The notes beneath the pieces were generated by a model that had not been told where the DNA came from, ran no database searches, and saw only the letters and a list, made by a program, of their open reading frames with translations. This document shows positions 27,025 to 37,922 of a stretch of DNA of 64,000 nt, piece after piece. A program made the position numbers and the translations under genes. The first letter of the stretch is position 1. The number at the start of each line of letters is the position of its first letter. The DNA is from an uncultured Planctomycetaceae bacterium (lineage in GTDB: Bacteria; Planctomycetota; Planctomycetia; Isosphaerales; Isosphaeraceae), in the NCBI GenBank assembly GCA_963833985.1, contig CAWIAD010000002.1, positions 6,144,001 through 6,208,000 of the forward strand. Reading direction: 5' to 3'.

Positions 27025-28542
27025 ATGCGGAACGTGATGCTTTCCGTGCTCGGCGTGGCCAGTCTTGTGCTCCTTCCGCAGGCCTTCGCAGGAGAAGGCG
27101 AGCCCAGGCCCAGCAAGTCGGTGGTGAAGATCTTCGCGAGCCTGCGTGCGCCCGACGTCTACCGGCCGTGGACGCGCGAGTCTCCCGAGGACGCGACCGG
27201 ATCAGGGGTCGTGATCGCGGGCAAGCGCATCCTCACCAACGCCCACATGGTCAACCAGGCCAGCCAGATCTTCGTGCAGTTCGACAAATCGAGCGAGAAG
27301 CAGCCGGCAACGGCCGTGGCCATCGCGCCCGGCATTGACCTTGCAATCCTCAAGCTGGAGAACGAGGCGCTCTTCAACGAGCATCCACCCCTGGTGATGA
27401 GTGCGAAGCTGCCGGATGTGCAGCAGGCGGTGCTGGTCTACGGCTACCCGGAAGGCGGCAACGAGCTGTCGATCACCCGCGGGATTGTCTCGCGCATCGA
27501 GTTCGCCGAGTATTACAGGGGCGTGGAGGGGCTGAGGATCCAGGTGGACGCGGCGATCAACCCCGGCAATAGCGGCGGCCCCGTCGTGGCCGAGGGGCAG
27601 CTCATCGGCATCGTCTTCAGCAAGCTCGAGAAGTCCGACAACATCGGCTACATCATCCCGGTCGAGGAGATCGCCCTCTTCCTCAAGGACATCGAGGACG
27701 GCCGCTACGACGGCAAGCCGCTCCTCCCCATCGACGTCCAGCCGCTGGAGAACCAGGCACTCCGCGACAAGCTCCAGATCGACGGCAAGACCGGCGGCGT
27801 GCTGGTGCGGAAGATCCATCGGCCCGAGCCCGAGTACCCCCTGCACGTCGACGACATCCTCCTGAAGATCGGCAACCACGCCATCGACCGGAGCGGTATG
27901 GTGAAGGTGGAAGGCGATCGCACGCTCCGGCTCTATTACCCGGTCCAGCGCCTGGCAAGCGCCGGTCGCCTTCCCGTGACCGTGCTCCGCAAGGGCGTGG
28001 AGAAGACGCTGGAGCTGCCGGTGGACAGCGACCCCAGGCGGCTCATCCGCGACCTCTCCGAGGAGCCGTCCTCCTACTTCATCTTCGGCCCGCTCGTGTT
28101 CTCGGAGGCCAGCGAGGAGTACGTCCGGTCGATGACCAAGTATGTCGACAAGGGCAACTCGGGCGGCTCGCTGGCGATGATCTACACGGGCATTCCCGCC
28201 TTCTCGAGGTACGGCGACGACCCGAAATTCCCGGGAGAGCGGATCGTCATCGTTCCTTCGCCCATGTTCACGCACAAGATCGGCCGGGGCTACGACGACC
28301 CCTACACCGAGGCCGTGCGCGAGGTCAATGGCGTCCGCGTGCGCAACCTCAGGCATTTCGTCGAGCTGCTCCGCGACAGCAAGGACACGTTCGTGGAGCT
28401 GACGTTTTACGGTCGGTTCAGCGACAAGATCGTCTTCAACCGCAAGGAAGCGCTGACCGCCACCGAAGAGGTCCTCAACGACAACGGCATCCGCCATCAG
28501 TGCTCGCCGGATATGCTGAAGGTCTGGGACATATCCAAGTAG
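27025..28542 (+). CDS. Secreted trypsin-like serine protease with PDZ domains (HtrA/Deg2-like)
   Basis: ILTNAH (His), IDLAIL (Asp), DAAINPGNSGGP (Ser); C-terminal EVNGVRVRNLRH; signal peptide. Confidence 0.92.
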   Translation: MRNVMLSVLGVASLVLLPQAFAGEGEPRPSKSVVKIFASLRAPDVYRPWTRESPEDATGSGVVIAGKRILTNAHMVNQASQIFVQFDKSSEKQPATAVAIAPGIDLAILKLENEALFNEHPPLVMSAKLPDVQQAVLVYGYPEGGNELSITRGIVSRIEFAEYYRGVEGLRIQVDAAINPGNSGGPVVAEGQLIGIVFSKLEKSDNIGYIIPVEEIALFLKDIEDGRYDGKPLLPIDVQPLENQALRDKLQIDGKTGGVLVRKIHRPEPEYPLHVDDILLKIGNHAIDRSGMVKVEGDRTLRLYYPVQRLASAGRLPVTVLRKGVEKTLELPVDSDPRRLIRDLSEEPSSYFIFGPLVFSEASEEYVRSMTKYVDKGNSGGSLAMIYTGIPAFSRYGDDPKFPGERIVIVPSPMFTHKIGRGYDDPYTEAVREVNGVRVRNLRHFVELLRDSKDTFVELTFYGRFSDKIVFNRKEALTATEEVLNDNGIRHQCSPDMLKVWDISK

Positions 28543-28586
28543 TGCACCAGTGATCGCAACTTCACGATTCGGGAGAGGGAGATCCC

Positions 28587-31055
28587 ATGAACGCCATCCA
28601 AACCTCGCGCCGACGATCCGCCCTGCTGTTGTTCCCGTCCGGACTGCTTTTCGTGCTCCTCCCGGCGCTCGTTGCACCCACAGCGCCGGCGTCCGAACCG
28701 GGGCCTTCACCGCACCGGTACATCCCGGCCAGGGCGCTCACGGCGTACGTCGAGTTCGACGGGCTGGACGCCCATGCCGATGCCTGGAAGGCGACGGCGT
28801 GCCGTGGAATTCTTGTGGACACCCCGGCCGGCTCCATGTTGACCGAGGTAGCGAAGCAGGTCCTGGACCGGATGCTCAGCTCCGTGCCCAACTGCAAGTT
28901 GACGGGAGCGGACCTCGTCACCATTCAGGCTCACCTGCTCCACCACGGCTTCGTGGCCGCCGTCCACGATCTCGGGGAAGGCCAATCCGCGTGCACCGTG
29001 ATTCTGCGCGATCATCGCAAGCCGCCGGTACGAGCAAGCTGGGATCGCCTGCTCCAGCAGGTTTTGCCGGCCGGGGAACCGAAGAAACCGCGCACGCCCG
29101 TCCGGCTCCGCGGCCGCGAGATCTTTCAGGTTGGCAACGAGCATGAAAACAAGCCCGCGGCCGCACCGGGTTTGGATGATCTGCCGGCGGTGCCAGCAGT
29201 GCCGGCCGAACCGGGCAAGCTGCTCCTGCCGCCTCCGTCGCTGCCGGCCGTTCCACCCTCCCCGCCAGGCCCCGTGGGCGTTTCAGCCCCACCTCCAGAA
29301 GGCGTTCTGCCGGCGGTGCCAGCGGTGCCGGCTGAACCGGGCAATCTGCTGCTGCCGCCTCCGTCGCTGCCGATGGTTCCACCGCCTCCGCCGGTCGCTT
29401 TGAGTGCTGCCGGGGCTCCCGGGCTGTCGTGGTGGTTCGAAGGGGACGACCTGGTGCTGCTGCTTGCTCCAGACCAGGATTCTCCGGCGGTTCCCGACCT
29501 CGCGCAACGCCCGGAGCGGTCGAAGCCGAAGCCGCACGTAGACCATCGTTCGGCGATTTTCGACGCGATCGAAGGGAAGCAGCCGAACGTCGCCACACAT
29601 CCGGCTTACGTGTCCGCACTCGCGGAAGGTAAGGACGTGAGGGGCTTCCAGCCCGACGGCCTGTTCTTTCTTGAATGGGGCAGCGGGAAGGGCCCGTTCG
29701 CGGGAATGGACGACGGCCGGGATCCGCTCGCCATGTATCTTTCCGCCCTTGGCATGGTGCTCGGCCAGTACGGCGTCGAATCGCTCATGCCAGGGCTGCT
29801 CGGTGAACCGAAAGCGGATCAGCCAGCGGCGCCCGGCGCGAAGCAGCAGCCTGACCCGACCAGCCAGCTCGGCCTTGACGGGCTCAAACGCATCGTCGGC
29901 CGCTGGGGGTTTCAGGGCAAGGCGCTGTTCACGGATGTCCGGCTCGAGGCCCCCGCTCCGCGCAAGGGGCTTGTGGCCCTGCTGGACGACCAGCCGAGTT
30001 TTCGCAAGGACCAGCTTCCGCCCGTTCCCCGGAACACCCGCGCCTTCCTGGTCGATTCGCTCGATGTCGCCGCGACTTATCGCAGGCTGGTCGGCGTGCT
30101 CCAGGCGCTTGACCCGGAAGCGGAGAAGCCAATCGGCCAGTTCGAGCAGGCGTTCCGGCAGACCACGGGCTGGCGATTCCGGGAAGATGTGCTCGGCGCC
30201 CTGGGACCGCACTGGTCGGTCTTCCGGCTTCCGTCGCAGGACGAGAATCGAGGCGACAAGCAAGATCTGGACCCGACCGAGTATGCACTCGTGGCTGGCG
30301 TGCGCGACGCTCGGGAGTTTGAAAAGCGCCTCGACTCGATCGCGAAGCGGATCAATGAGTCTCTTCTGGAGCGGGACCAGCCGGCGCAGGGCAAGGACGC
30401 GGGCCCGCCCATCCTCGCCCTCGAGCGGCTGCCGGCTCCCGCAGTTGGTTATCAGCTGACCTCGCCGGCACGCCTCGTCCCCTGGCTCGGCGACAAGGTT
30501 CGCCCCACAATCCTGGTTAGCAAATCGTTCGTCGCCTTCGCCTCGAACCCCGAGCGAGCCCGCGAGGCGCTGGCATCCGAGGCAGGGCCCGCACCGCCGT
30601 GGAAGCCCGCCGGAGAGCTGGCAGAGGCGTTCGAATGCCTGCCGGAGAGCCTGACGTTCGTGCTGGTCGGTGACCATCGCGATTCGCCCTGGCCTGATGC
30701 GCTGGCCCACTTGCCCGGCACGATACAGTTCGCGAGTGCCATGTTCGGGGAAACGATCATCGCGGCGCCGCCGACATCCGACGGTCTGCTCGGATTGCTG
30801 GGCATCCCGGGACGCGATGGCTTCCGGCTCCGGCTGGACCCCTCCCGGATTCCGAGGGCGGTCCAGATCGAACCTTTCCTGTTTCCCAGCGTGCTGGCCG
30901 CGGCCGTCGACGATCGCGGATATCGCCTCATCCTGCGCGAGGCGTTCCCCCTGGCCTGCCTTGGCAAGGGGGCCAGGACGAGCGCCACGAAGACCTGGTC
31001 AAGTTCCAGGGGGCTGGAAGAGAAGCTCAAGGTTAGCCTCGGCTTGCACTTTTGA
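28587..31055 (+). CDS. Large secreted/membrane-anchored hypothetical protein (DUF3352-like) with Pro-rich internal duplication
   Basis: 822 aa with strong coding bias; signal-like N-terminus; RYIPA..LTAYVEFDGLD; architecture resembles the ORF at 35078-37000. Confidence 0.7.
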   Translation: MNAIQTSRRRSALLLFPSGLLFVLLPALVAPTAPASEPGPSPHRYIPARALTAYVEFDGLDAHADAWKATACRGILVDTPAGSMLTEVAKQVLDRMLSSVPNCKLTGADLVTIQAHLLHHGFVAAVHDLGEGQSACTVILRDHRKPPVRASWDRLLQQVLPAGEPKKPRTPVRLRGREIFQVGNEHENKPAAAPGLDDLPAVPAVPAEPGKLLLPPPSLPAVPPSPPGPVGVSAPPPEGVLPAVPAVPAEPGNLLLPPPSLPMVPPPPPVALSAAGAPGLSWWFEGDDLVLLLAPDQDSPAVPDLAQRPERSKPKPHVDHRSAIFDAIEGKQPNVATHPAYVSALAEGKDVRGFQPDGLFFLEWGSGKGPFAGMDDGRDPLAMYLSALGMVLGQYGVESLMPGLLGEPKADQPAAPGAKQQPDPTSQLGLDGLKRIVGRWGFQGKALFTDVRLEAPAPRKGLVALLDDQPSFRKDQLPPVPRNTRAFLVDSLDVAATYRRLVGVLQALDPEAEKPIGQFEQAFRQTTGWRFREDVLGALGPHWSVFRLPSQDENRGDKQDLDPTEYALVAGVRDAREFEKRLDSIAKRINESLLERDQPAQGKDAGPPILALERLPAPAVGYQLTSPARLVPWLGDKVRPTILVSKSFVAFASNPERAREALASEAGPAPPWKPAGELAEAFECLPESLTFVLVGDHRDSPWPDALAHLPGTIQFASAMFGETIIAAPPTSDGLLGLLGIPGRDGFRLRLDPSRIPRAVQIEPFLFPSVLAAAVDDRGYRLILREAFPLACLGKGARTSATKTWSSSRGLEEKLKVSLGLHF
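29181..29384 (+). repeat. In-frame direct repeat, two copies of about 78 bp, 126 bp apart
   Basis: LPAVPAVPAEPG(K/N)LLLPPPSLP(A/M)VPP encoded at 29181 and 29307 with near-identical DNA. Confidence 0.9.
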
Positions 31056-31250
31056 TCGAACGGAATTGCTGCGCTCCGCAGTCGGCGTGGCCGGCGCGGG
31101 ACGATTCGTGGCAGTTCTGGATGGTGCACGGCAGCCCTGCGTGCCTCCCGGCAGAAAAGCCATCCCCACGGCCGAAATTCTGTCGCATTTCCCCGTGTTG
31201 CTTCCTCTTTCTGTCAGAGGAATTCAACAAAGGCTGCGGGGGGCGACCTC

Positions 31251-31775
31251 ATGCAGACGGATGCGGAGATTGTGCGGCTCGTGCTTCAGGGCGATCGCGA
31301 GGCATTCGCGACGCTCGTGGCCCGGCACGAGAAAGCCGTCTGGATCACGGCCTGGCGGATCGTGCATGACGAGCACGCGGCGCTGGATGTGGCCCAGGAC
31401 GCTTTCCTGCACGCGTTTCAGCGGCTGCCAGGTCTGCGGCAGCCAGAGTTGTTCGGCGCCTGGCTGCTGCGGATCACACGCCGGGAAGCGATCCGGGCGG
31501 CGCGCACGGCCGCGCGCCTGTCCCCCTGCCCTGTGGACGAAAAACGAGAAGGGTCCTACGAAGTCGTGCAACGTGACGGGGATGCGGCGGATCTCGTCTC
31601 GGCCCTGGCGCGGCTGCCCGAGCACGAGCGGCTCGTGGTCTGCCTCCGCTACCTGGAGGGGCATTCCGTGTCCGACATCGGCAGGGTGCTCGGGCGTCCC
31701 GTGGGGACCGTGACCAAGCAGCTCTCGCGTGGCATCACTCGGCTCAAAAGCCTGCTTGTGGAGGTGACACGATGA
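31251..31775 (+). CDS. ECF sigma-70 factor
   Basis: TDAEIVR...GDREAFATLV.RH, DVAQDAFL, FGAWLLRI, LPEHERLVV.LRY.EG, PVGTVTKQLSRG. Confidence 0.92.
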   Translation: MQTDAEIVRLVLQGDREAFATLVARHEKAVWITAWRIVHDEHAALDVAQDAFLHAFQRLPGLRQPELFGAWLLRITRREAIRAARTAARLSPCPVDEKREGSYEVVQRDGDAADLVSALARLPEHERLVVCLRYLEGHSVSDIGRVLGRPVGTVTKQLSRGITRLKSLLVEVTR

Positions 31776-33395
31776 ACCCGGATGGCGTGGAAGAGCGTCT
31801 GGACCGGCTGCGCGTGGAATGGCCGGTCGAATCAATCGTGGGTCGCGTCATGGCGGAGGTGCGAACCGAGCCGCACCCGCTGCCGGTGCGACGCTCGTGG
31901 CCGTCCTGGCCACACCGCATGCGCCGGCTGACCGTCGGGGTGGCGGCTTGCGGGTTGTTCGGAGGCGCTGGTTCTGGCGTGGTTGCTCATCGCCAGTCAT
32001 CCGACCACCTTGCTGGCTGCCATCGAGGACAACCTGGGCCGGGCGAAGTCTGCTCACCTCACGATCACAAGCCGCGACGAACAGAACAAGGAATACAAGG
32101 CCGACATCTGGTACGTGCGCGGCGCCGGCGTACGGGCTGAATCTCCCGAGGGCACGATCGTCGAGGATGAAAGCTTCCAGTGGTCCTGGAAGACGCCAGG
32201 CCCGGGTGGTGAAACGATTGTCCTGCGCCAGCCGAGACCGAAATTCTTCGGCAAGATGCTGGCTCCCATGCTGGCACTTCCCGACATTCCATCGTTCTTG
32301 TCGCGTGATCGTGCGCCCGAGCTGGACCGCCCGGTGAATGGACATGCGTGCCTGGGCTACATCCTCACGCAGACCGGCCGCGATCCGGATTTGCCCCCTG
32401 GGGCACGCCCCGTGAATCCGCAGCCCATGCGCCAGCAGGTTCTGGCCGACGCCGACGGACGGATCCACGAGATCGTCTTGCAGGAACAGAACAAGGACGG
32501 CAAATGGCGTGCGATCCGCGAGATCCAGATTGCCTACGACCTGCCGGTACCGCCCGAACGGGTCGCCGCGCGGCTGCCCGAACGATCGCGCGTGATCGAC
32601 CGGGATCATGTCTTCGAGGACCGCTATCCCCTCGAGCGAGCGCTCTACCGGACCGAGATGGGCGGCCTGATCCTGGCTGTCCACAACATCCAGCCACTGG
32701 TCAACCGTGATGGGTTCTATGTCGTCTCCTCGGTGCGCGGGACGCCGGATTTCCTGAGAAAGTACCAGCCCAGGCGGCGCTGGTTGAACCTGGAGGTGAG
32801 CGAGCTGGACGTGGCCATGCAGCCGTCCTCGACAGGGATGATGGGCGGCAAGTATGACCGCATCGTGCTGGCGAGGGCATCACACGAGGGGGTGGAGTTC
32901 CTGTGGTGGCTGATCATCCCGCGCAAGTACTTCACGATCAAGAACGGCGAGCGCGTCATGCTGCCCGAGACGAACGAATCGTGGGAGCCGGGGGTTCCGG
33001 GCCGGCTCGATGACGTGCCCGGAAAGGCGAGAGTGTTCCTGCAAGCTCTGTACTGGAACGAGAAGCTCCGGACCCCGCAGGGAACGATGGGCACGGTGGA
33101 GCAGTGGGTCGAGGTGCCGTTACCGGCCGATCAGGGCCCGAACACGATCGACAACGTCGCGGCGCTCGCCCGCCGGGACCTTCAAATCATGCAGCACAGC
33201 GGCAACTCGTCCCTCTTTGGCGTGGCCGCCGACACCAGGGATGATCCGCGAAGCGGCAGGCCGCTCTCCGGCTTCCAGCCCGACCAGATCAACGACGCGG
33301 AATACGCGGCCGCCGTTCGACGTGGCGTCGACGACATGCGGCGGTGGGACGAGGTTCACATGCCCGATGCGGCGGATGCGATCGTCGTCCCGTAG
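31772..33395 (+). pseudogene. Putative membrane anti-sigma factor with large periplasmic domain; one frameshift near 31964
   Basis: Start overlaps the ECF stop; deleting one G gives a continuous TM (GVAACGLFGALVLAWLLIA) joining the 31772 and 31983 frames. Confidence 0.7.
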
Positions 33396-33454
33396 AAGAG
33401 GCCAGCCTCGTCCAGCAGGTTCACCCCGCCGGAAGTCGCGTGGCTGCAAGTGCA

Positions 33455-33871
33455 TCACACTCGTGCCACGCGGCTCTGGCTGCGATCACCCCGTGCCAGA
33501 AGCATGGGGTTGATCCGTCTGGCCAGCAGATCTCCGAGTGCGATGCCGATGGAGTCGGCCCCGAGATCGAACAGGTCAAAATCGCGGCCCGGAATCCAGA
33601 TCTGAGAGATTTCCTCACCCGCCACCACAACCGCCACGATGAGCGTGCCGAGCCCAACCGCCAGACCACCCAGCCTCATGGAGCGGCACCGGAGAGCCAG
33701 ATTCGTGAGCAAGCTGAAGGTGAACATGAAACTGCAATGGCAAATCTTGTCGCCCAGCGGAACCCGTTCGACCCAGCCCCAGTAAGCCTGCCCGATCCCG
33801 GTGTCGGCCGAGTAAATCACCACTCCCAGGAGGCCGCAAAATACGATCAAACCGATCCTGATCCAGCTCAT
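33455..33871 (-). CDS. VanZ family membrane protein
   Basis: GDKICH, EEISQIWIPGRDFDLFDL.AD..G. Confidence 0.85.
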   Translation of the reverse strand: MSWIRIGLIVFCGLLGVVIYSADTGIGQAYWGWVERVPLGDKICHCSFMFTFSLLTNLALRCRSMRLGGLAVGLGTLIVAVVVAGEEISQIWIPGRDFDLFDLGADSIGIALGDLLARRINPMLLARGDRSQSRVARV

Positions 33872-34015
33872 GAATCGCCCATCCCGAACCGCGAAAGCGG
33901 TATGAGTCGCGAGCACCACCGACGAGCGGTACCCATGCCGGAAAGCAACTTTGCCACACAAAGTGAATTCCGTCAAGGCCAGCAGGCGGGGTGAAGTTGT
34001 TTTGCGACGGGCGCG

Positions 34016-34918
34016 CTAGCGGACGCGGTAGCTGGCCAGCGCCACGGTGACGTTGTCCTTGGCCTCTTGTGCCAGCACGGCGGCGATCAGGCGGTCGACG
34101 GATCGTTCGGGCGAGCGGGACTCGGCGAGTATGCGGGCAAGCTCATCATCGGGGACATACTCGGTCAGGCCGTCGGTGCAGAGCAGCACGAGATCGCCAT
34201 CGGCAAGAGTGCGGCGCTGAACTTCCACCTGAACTCCGGCGTTCGGTCCGCCCACCACATTGGTGACGACGTGGCGGCGCGGGTGCTCGCGGGCAACTTC
34301 CGGAGTGATCGCCCCCACGTCGACCAGCACCTGGACGAGCGTATGGTCCGAGGTGATTCGCTCCAGCGCGCCATCGTGAAACAGATAAGCGCGGGAATCG
34401 CCGGCATGGGCCACGAACAGGTCGGTCCCCACGCTGTAGGCCAGGGTGAGCGTGGTTCCCATGCCGGTGAGCTGTGGCTCGGCGTCGGCCTGGGCGAGGA
34501 TGTCGCGATCGGCGCGCTGGAGGGCAAGGCGCAGCTCGTTGAGCAGGGCATTCTGCTCGTGGCCCTCGCGGTGCAGGAACCACTTGATCGCGTCGAGTAC
34601 GAAGCTCTCGACGGTCCGCACGGCCATGGTGCTGGCCTCCATGCCACCCGCCGCGCCCCCCATGCCGTCCGCGACGATCAGCAGGTAGCCTTCCTCATCG
34701 GAGTATCGGGTCGTCTCCGACTCGGGAAGGCTGGAAGAGCAAATCCGCATCGATTTGGCCAGCTTGGCGATCAGGAACTGGTCTTCGTTGCGCGCGCGGA
34801 CATGCCCGGGGTGTGTCCCACCCGCGAAGGCCACGTCCACCCGCGATCGGGCCACGGACCTGCTCACGAATTCCGGCGTGGGGTCGTCTTGCGACGGCTC
34901 GGTCAAGAGAGTGCTCAT
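34016..34918 (-). CDS. PP2C-family Ser/Thr protein phosphatase
   Basis: THPGHVRARNED, VADGMGG, MGTTLT, AHAGDSRAY, LCTDGL, DNVT. Confidence 0.94.
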   Translation of the reverse strand: MSTLLTEPSQDDPTPEFVSRSVARSRVDVAFAGGTHPGHVRARNEDQFLIAKLAKSMRICSSSLPESETTRYSDEEGYLLIVADGMGGAAGGMEASTMAVRTVESFVLDAIKWFLHREGHEQNALLNELRLALQRADRDILAQADAEPQLTGMGTTLTLAYSVGTDLFVAHAGDSRAYLFHDGALERITSDHTLVQVLVDVGAITPEVAREHPRRHVVTNVVGGPNAGVQVEVQRRTLADGDLVLLCTDGLTEYVPDDELARILAESRSPERSVDRLIAAVLAQEAKDNVTVALASYRVR

Positions 34919-35077
34919 GAACGTGCATTCATCGAACAGCGATACGGTCGTGCGACGAAGGACGTTCAAATTCCATGCACTTACCGTGCCGGCGGTGGCG
35001 GAATGCACGCGCCCTCGTGGCGTGATGGGGCGTGTTCCGCCACCTGGCAAGGTTCTTGGAGAAGGCGCCGCGGCCAT

Positions 35078-37000
35078 CTATCGGCCCGGGGAATCCGGCT
35101 TTGTGCCGGAGTTCGGGTGGACGAGCAGCCCGAAGGACTGGTATCCGGCGGCACCTGCGGCATCCACGCGGTGAGTGAGATACACCGCGTCGAAGACGTG
35201 GCAAAGCGCTCGAACCTGCTCCAGGTCACGAGCCACGTCGTCGCGGGAACGGTGCTGCTGGTCCGCGAGATACGACGTCATCCGATCCTGATGGCGAGCG
35301 ATCATGGCTGCCACAGCACCCAGGTCCAGGCAAGCGTACGACCGGGCCTCGGGGAAGGCCCGCTCTTGCAGGAGGTGAAACCGGGCGCCTGCGGAGCTGT
35401 CACTACCGCCGGCCAGGTAACGCTCCACCACGGACGAAGAGTTGCCCACCACCAGGCGCTTGCCCGCGCGGTCCACCGCGTACGCGAGAGGAATGGCCGG
35501 AGTGAGTGTTTTCACCATCGTGCCGGCAACCTCGCGGCCCTCGATATGCGCGGCTGCCGAGGCGAGTTTGGGCGTCAGCGCCAGCGCGGCAAGGCCCGTG
35601 TTCAGCGCGTTATCGACGGCGTCGGCCGGGCTGGGAGTTGTCTGATCCTGTGATCCGGCTGGCCTGTCCAGGGTGTCCTGAAGCTGGATCGCGACTGCCG
35701 AGGGGAACGGCCACTTCACGCCGGTCGGGTCGTCGGAATGGGCGGTGGCGTCCCAGCTCGCTGGAGCTTCGGCGAAAGCCACAATCCGCGGCCCCAGGGC
35801 CGGCAAGATCCGCGTGCTCGGATCCTGACCCAGGAAGATGCCCTTCAGCGTCACCTCAATATTGGCCAGGCGGTTCTGTTCCGAGGCCGGGACCATCTGG
35901 CGCAGGAAGGTGGTCAGGGACGAAAGATCAATCTCCAGCGACCCGACGGCCAGAGTGGTGCCGGGAACGCGCTCCATTCGAGGCGCGGCGGAGACCCGCG
36001 ATGTTGCGGTCTTGCCGAAGAGTTCCTGGAACTTCCCGGGCTCAAAGACCTCAGCGACATTCAGGGCCAGGCCGGCCTCATCGGCGACCAGGGCCGCGCC
36101 CGCTGATTCCAGGGCCGCGGCGTAACGCCGGATCAGGGCCTCGACGGGCGAGCGGGGTTCCGAAGCGTTCTGAAACACGCGCTCGGCGAGGCGCGAGTCG
36201 ATGAAGAGGCGGGCCAGCGCGTGCGTGGGAAGCTTCTTCTCCAGGGCTGCGAACCGAGGAGCATCGGCCAGGCTGGCGGCAGCCTGCGACCCGCTCGCGG
36301 CCTTGCCCGTCTTGCGGTCGATCAGCTCGCCCAGCAGGGAGGTGTCGTTCGAACAGGCGAAGGTTCCATCGGCAAAGCTCACGAAGCACTCCGGCAGATG
36401 ATCGGAGCCGGCCGGAAACTCCCGGAGGAAGTAAGAGACGCCTCCGCGCTTCTTTTCCACAACCGCGGCCACCTCACCGGTCTGCTGCTGCGTCGTGTTC
36501 AGCAGCTCGACGAGACGTTTCAGCAGGCCGGGATTGCTCGCCTTCAGGACCAGGATCCCCCGCGCCGAACGCGGTTCCAGGGGCACGTTTTCCGGCACCA
36601 CGAGGGCGACGACCACCGCATCGCCGAGGATCTGGTCGCGGATCTCCGTGAGCTTGGCCTGGAGAAAACCCTCGATCTGGTCGCGCAACGTCTCGAGCTG
36701 CTCGTACTTCTCGGAACCCATCCACGTCTTCACTGCCGGCAGTTCCCACAGGTCCCTGGCCAGGGGGGAACGCAAGAGCGCGCCGACCTGCCCGCGCAGG
36801 TCTTCCACCGTGAGCACCACGCTGGCGTTGGCCGGCACCAGCCTGTGCAGCTCACGCGCGGGCGCTGGCTTCGCTTCAGCGGCCGGCGCGGCCGGCACCG
36901 GCGGCAAGAACCAGGGGCTGGCGAACAGCAGCCAGGCGAGCCACCTTCGGCTCGGCAGGGGTCGGCAACGCCGACTTGCAAGATGAGGGTGCTTCATCAT
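35078..37000 (-). CDS. Secreted hypothetical protein (DUF3352-like)
   Basis: Start ATG 37000 with AAGGGAG upstream; signal peptide; LHRLVPANASVVLTVEDLR; follows the anti-sigma gene by 4 nt. Confidence 0.7.
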   Translation of the reverse strand: MMKHPHLASRRCRPLPSRRWLAWLLFASPWFLPPVPAAPAAEAKPAPARELHRLVPANASVVLTVEDLRGQVGALLRSPLARDLWELPAVKTWMGSEKYEQLETLRDQIEGFLQAKLTEIRDQILGDAVVVALVVPENVPLEPRSARGILVLKASNPGLLKRLVELLNTTQQQTGEVAAVVEKKRGGVSYFLREFPAGSDHLPECFVSFADGTFACSNDTSLLGELIDRKTGKAASGSQAAASLADAPRFAALEKKLPTHALARLFIDSRLAERVFQNASEPRSPVEALIRRYAAALESAGAALVADEAGLALNVAEVFEPGKFQELFGKTATSRVSAAPRMERVPGTTLAVGSLEIDLSSLTTFLRQMVPASEQNRLANIEVTLKGIFLGQDPSTRILPALGPRIVAFAEAPASWDATAHSDDPTGVKWPFPSAVAIQLQDTLDRPAGSQDQTTPSPADAVDNALNTGLAALALTPKLASAAAHIEGREVAGTMVKTLTPAIPLAYAVDRAGKRLVVGNSSSVVERYLAGGSDSSAGARFHLLQERAFPEARSYACLDLGAVAAMIARHQDRMTSYLADQQHRSRDDVARDLEQVRALCHVFDAVYLTHRVDAAGAAGYQSFGLLVHPNSGTKPDSPGR

Positions 37001-37004
37001 CGTT

Positions 37005-37844
37005 TCAGGCTCCCTTGGATGCGGACGGAGGGATCGTGCGCCGCTCGTACTTTTCGAGCGCAGGAATACGCAGGAATCCGAATGCGTGGCGGGCCGTGGA
37101 CGACAGCGGTTGGACACCGGAGGACAGCCCGTCTTCGAGTTGCTGAAGGATCGCCGCGCCCGGCGCGGGCTGCGGGGACGAGGCAAAGACCGCGGCCAGA
37201 AAACTCTCGCCGATGTCGGTGGTACTCACGGAGGCCGGCAGCGCGGCGCCTCCGCCGGGCCGCTCATCGAAGGGCGCGGAACCCGGGATCATGTCGCGGC
37301 CCAGGCGGGCCGCGGGCTCCGAGGTCACGCGGGCGAGGTCGAGAGTCGCCGCCGTGGCTTCCAGGACGGCCGCCCGCAAGCCTTGTGAGCTGTGGCCGCT
37401 CGCCGCGATGCGCACGGCCGACCGGCCGTGCGGCCCCGGGCCTGATACAGCGTTCCGGGGAAGCCCGGATGGTCCGGAAAGCCAGTAGGCCAGCAGGGCG
37501 GCGAGACTGGCGGAGGCGGCAATGGCCGGCACGCGCCACCGCCACCTGGCACGGTACAGTAGCGCGGCCTGCTGCTCGGCGATGACCCGGTCAAGCAGTG
37601 CCTGGGGGGGCGCGAGCGGCGGCCGCCCGGTTGACGACCAGGTGCGCACCGCCTGGCGCAAGGTTTCGTAGCCGGCCAGCGCGTTGCGGCACCGCGTGCA
37701 GCCTGTCGCGTGGACCATCGCGCGCTGGGCTTCGGCGGCCAGCTCCGGAGACACGTCGCCAGGCTCGGTTGCGTCTTGTTCCGGGCTCGATTGTTCCGCG
37801 TCGAGCAGCAGGTTCCAGATTCGGTCGCAGTCGTGGCAGTTCAT
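37005..37844 (-). CDS. Zinc-finger (ZAS/zf-HC2-like) membrane anti-sigma factor
   Basis: MNCHDC...LLD...HATGCTRC (HxxxCxxC), one TM helix; directly downstream of an ECF. Confidence 0.82.
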   Translation of the reverse strand: MNCHDCDRIWNLLLDAEQSSPEQDATEPGDVSPELAAEAQRAMVHATGCTRCRNALAGYETLRQAVRTWSSTGRPPLAPPQALLDRVIAEQQAALLYRARWRWRVPAIAASASLAALLAYWLSGPSGLPRNAVSGPGPHGRSAVRIAASGHSSQGLRAAVLEATAATLDLARVTSEPAARLGRDMIPGSAPFDERPGGGAALPASVSTTDIGESFLAAVFASSPQPAPGAAILQQLEDGLSSGVQPLSSTARHAFGFLRIPALEKYERRTIPPSASKGA

Positions 37845-37922
37845 GGGCCTGGTCCTCCTCGGTGGTCGGGGCCGATGCTGCATGGTTCCGGGGTGCGGTG
37901 CCCGCGCGAATCCAGGTTCAGG

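Noticed and set aside
27202..28710. Long antisense ORFs (also 6643-7971, 34067-35653, 40200-41396, 61104-62834)
   Set aside because: Typical stop-poor shadows of high-GC genes with no independent motifs
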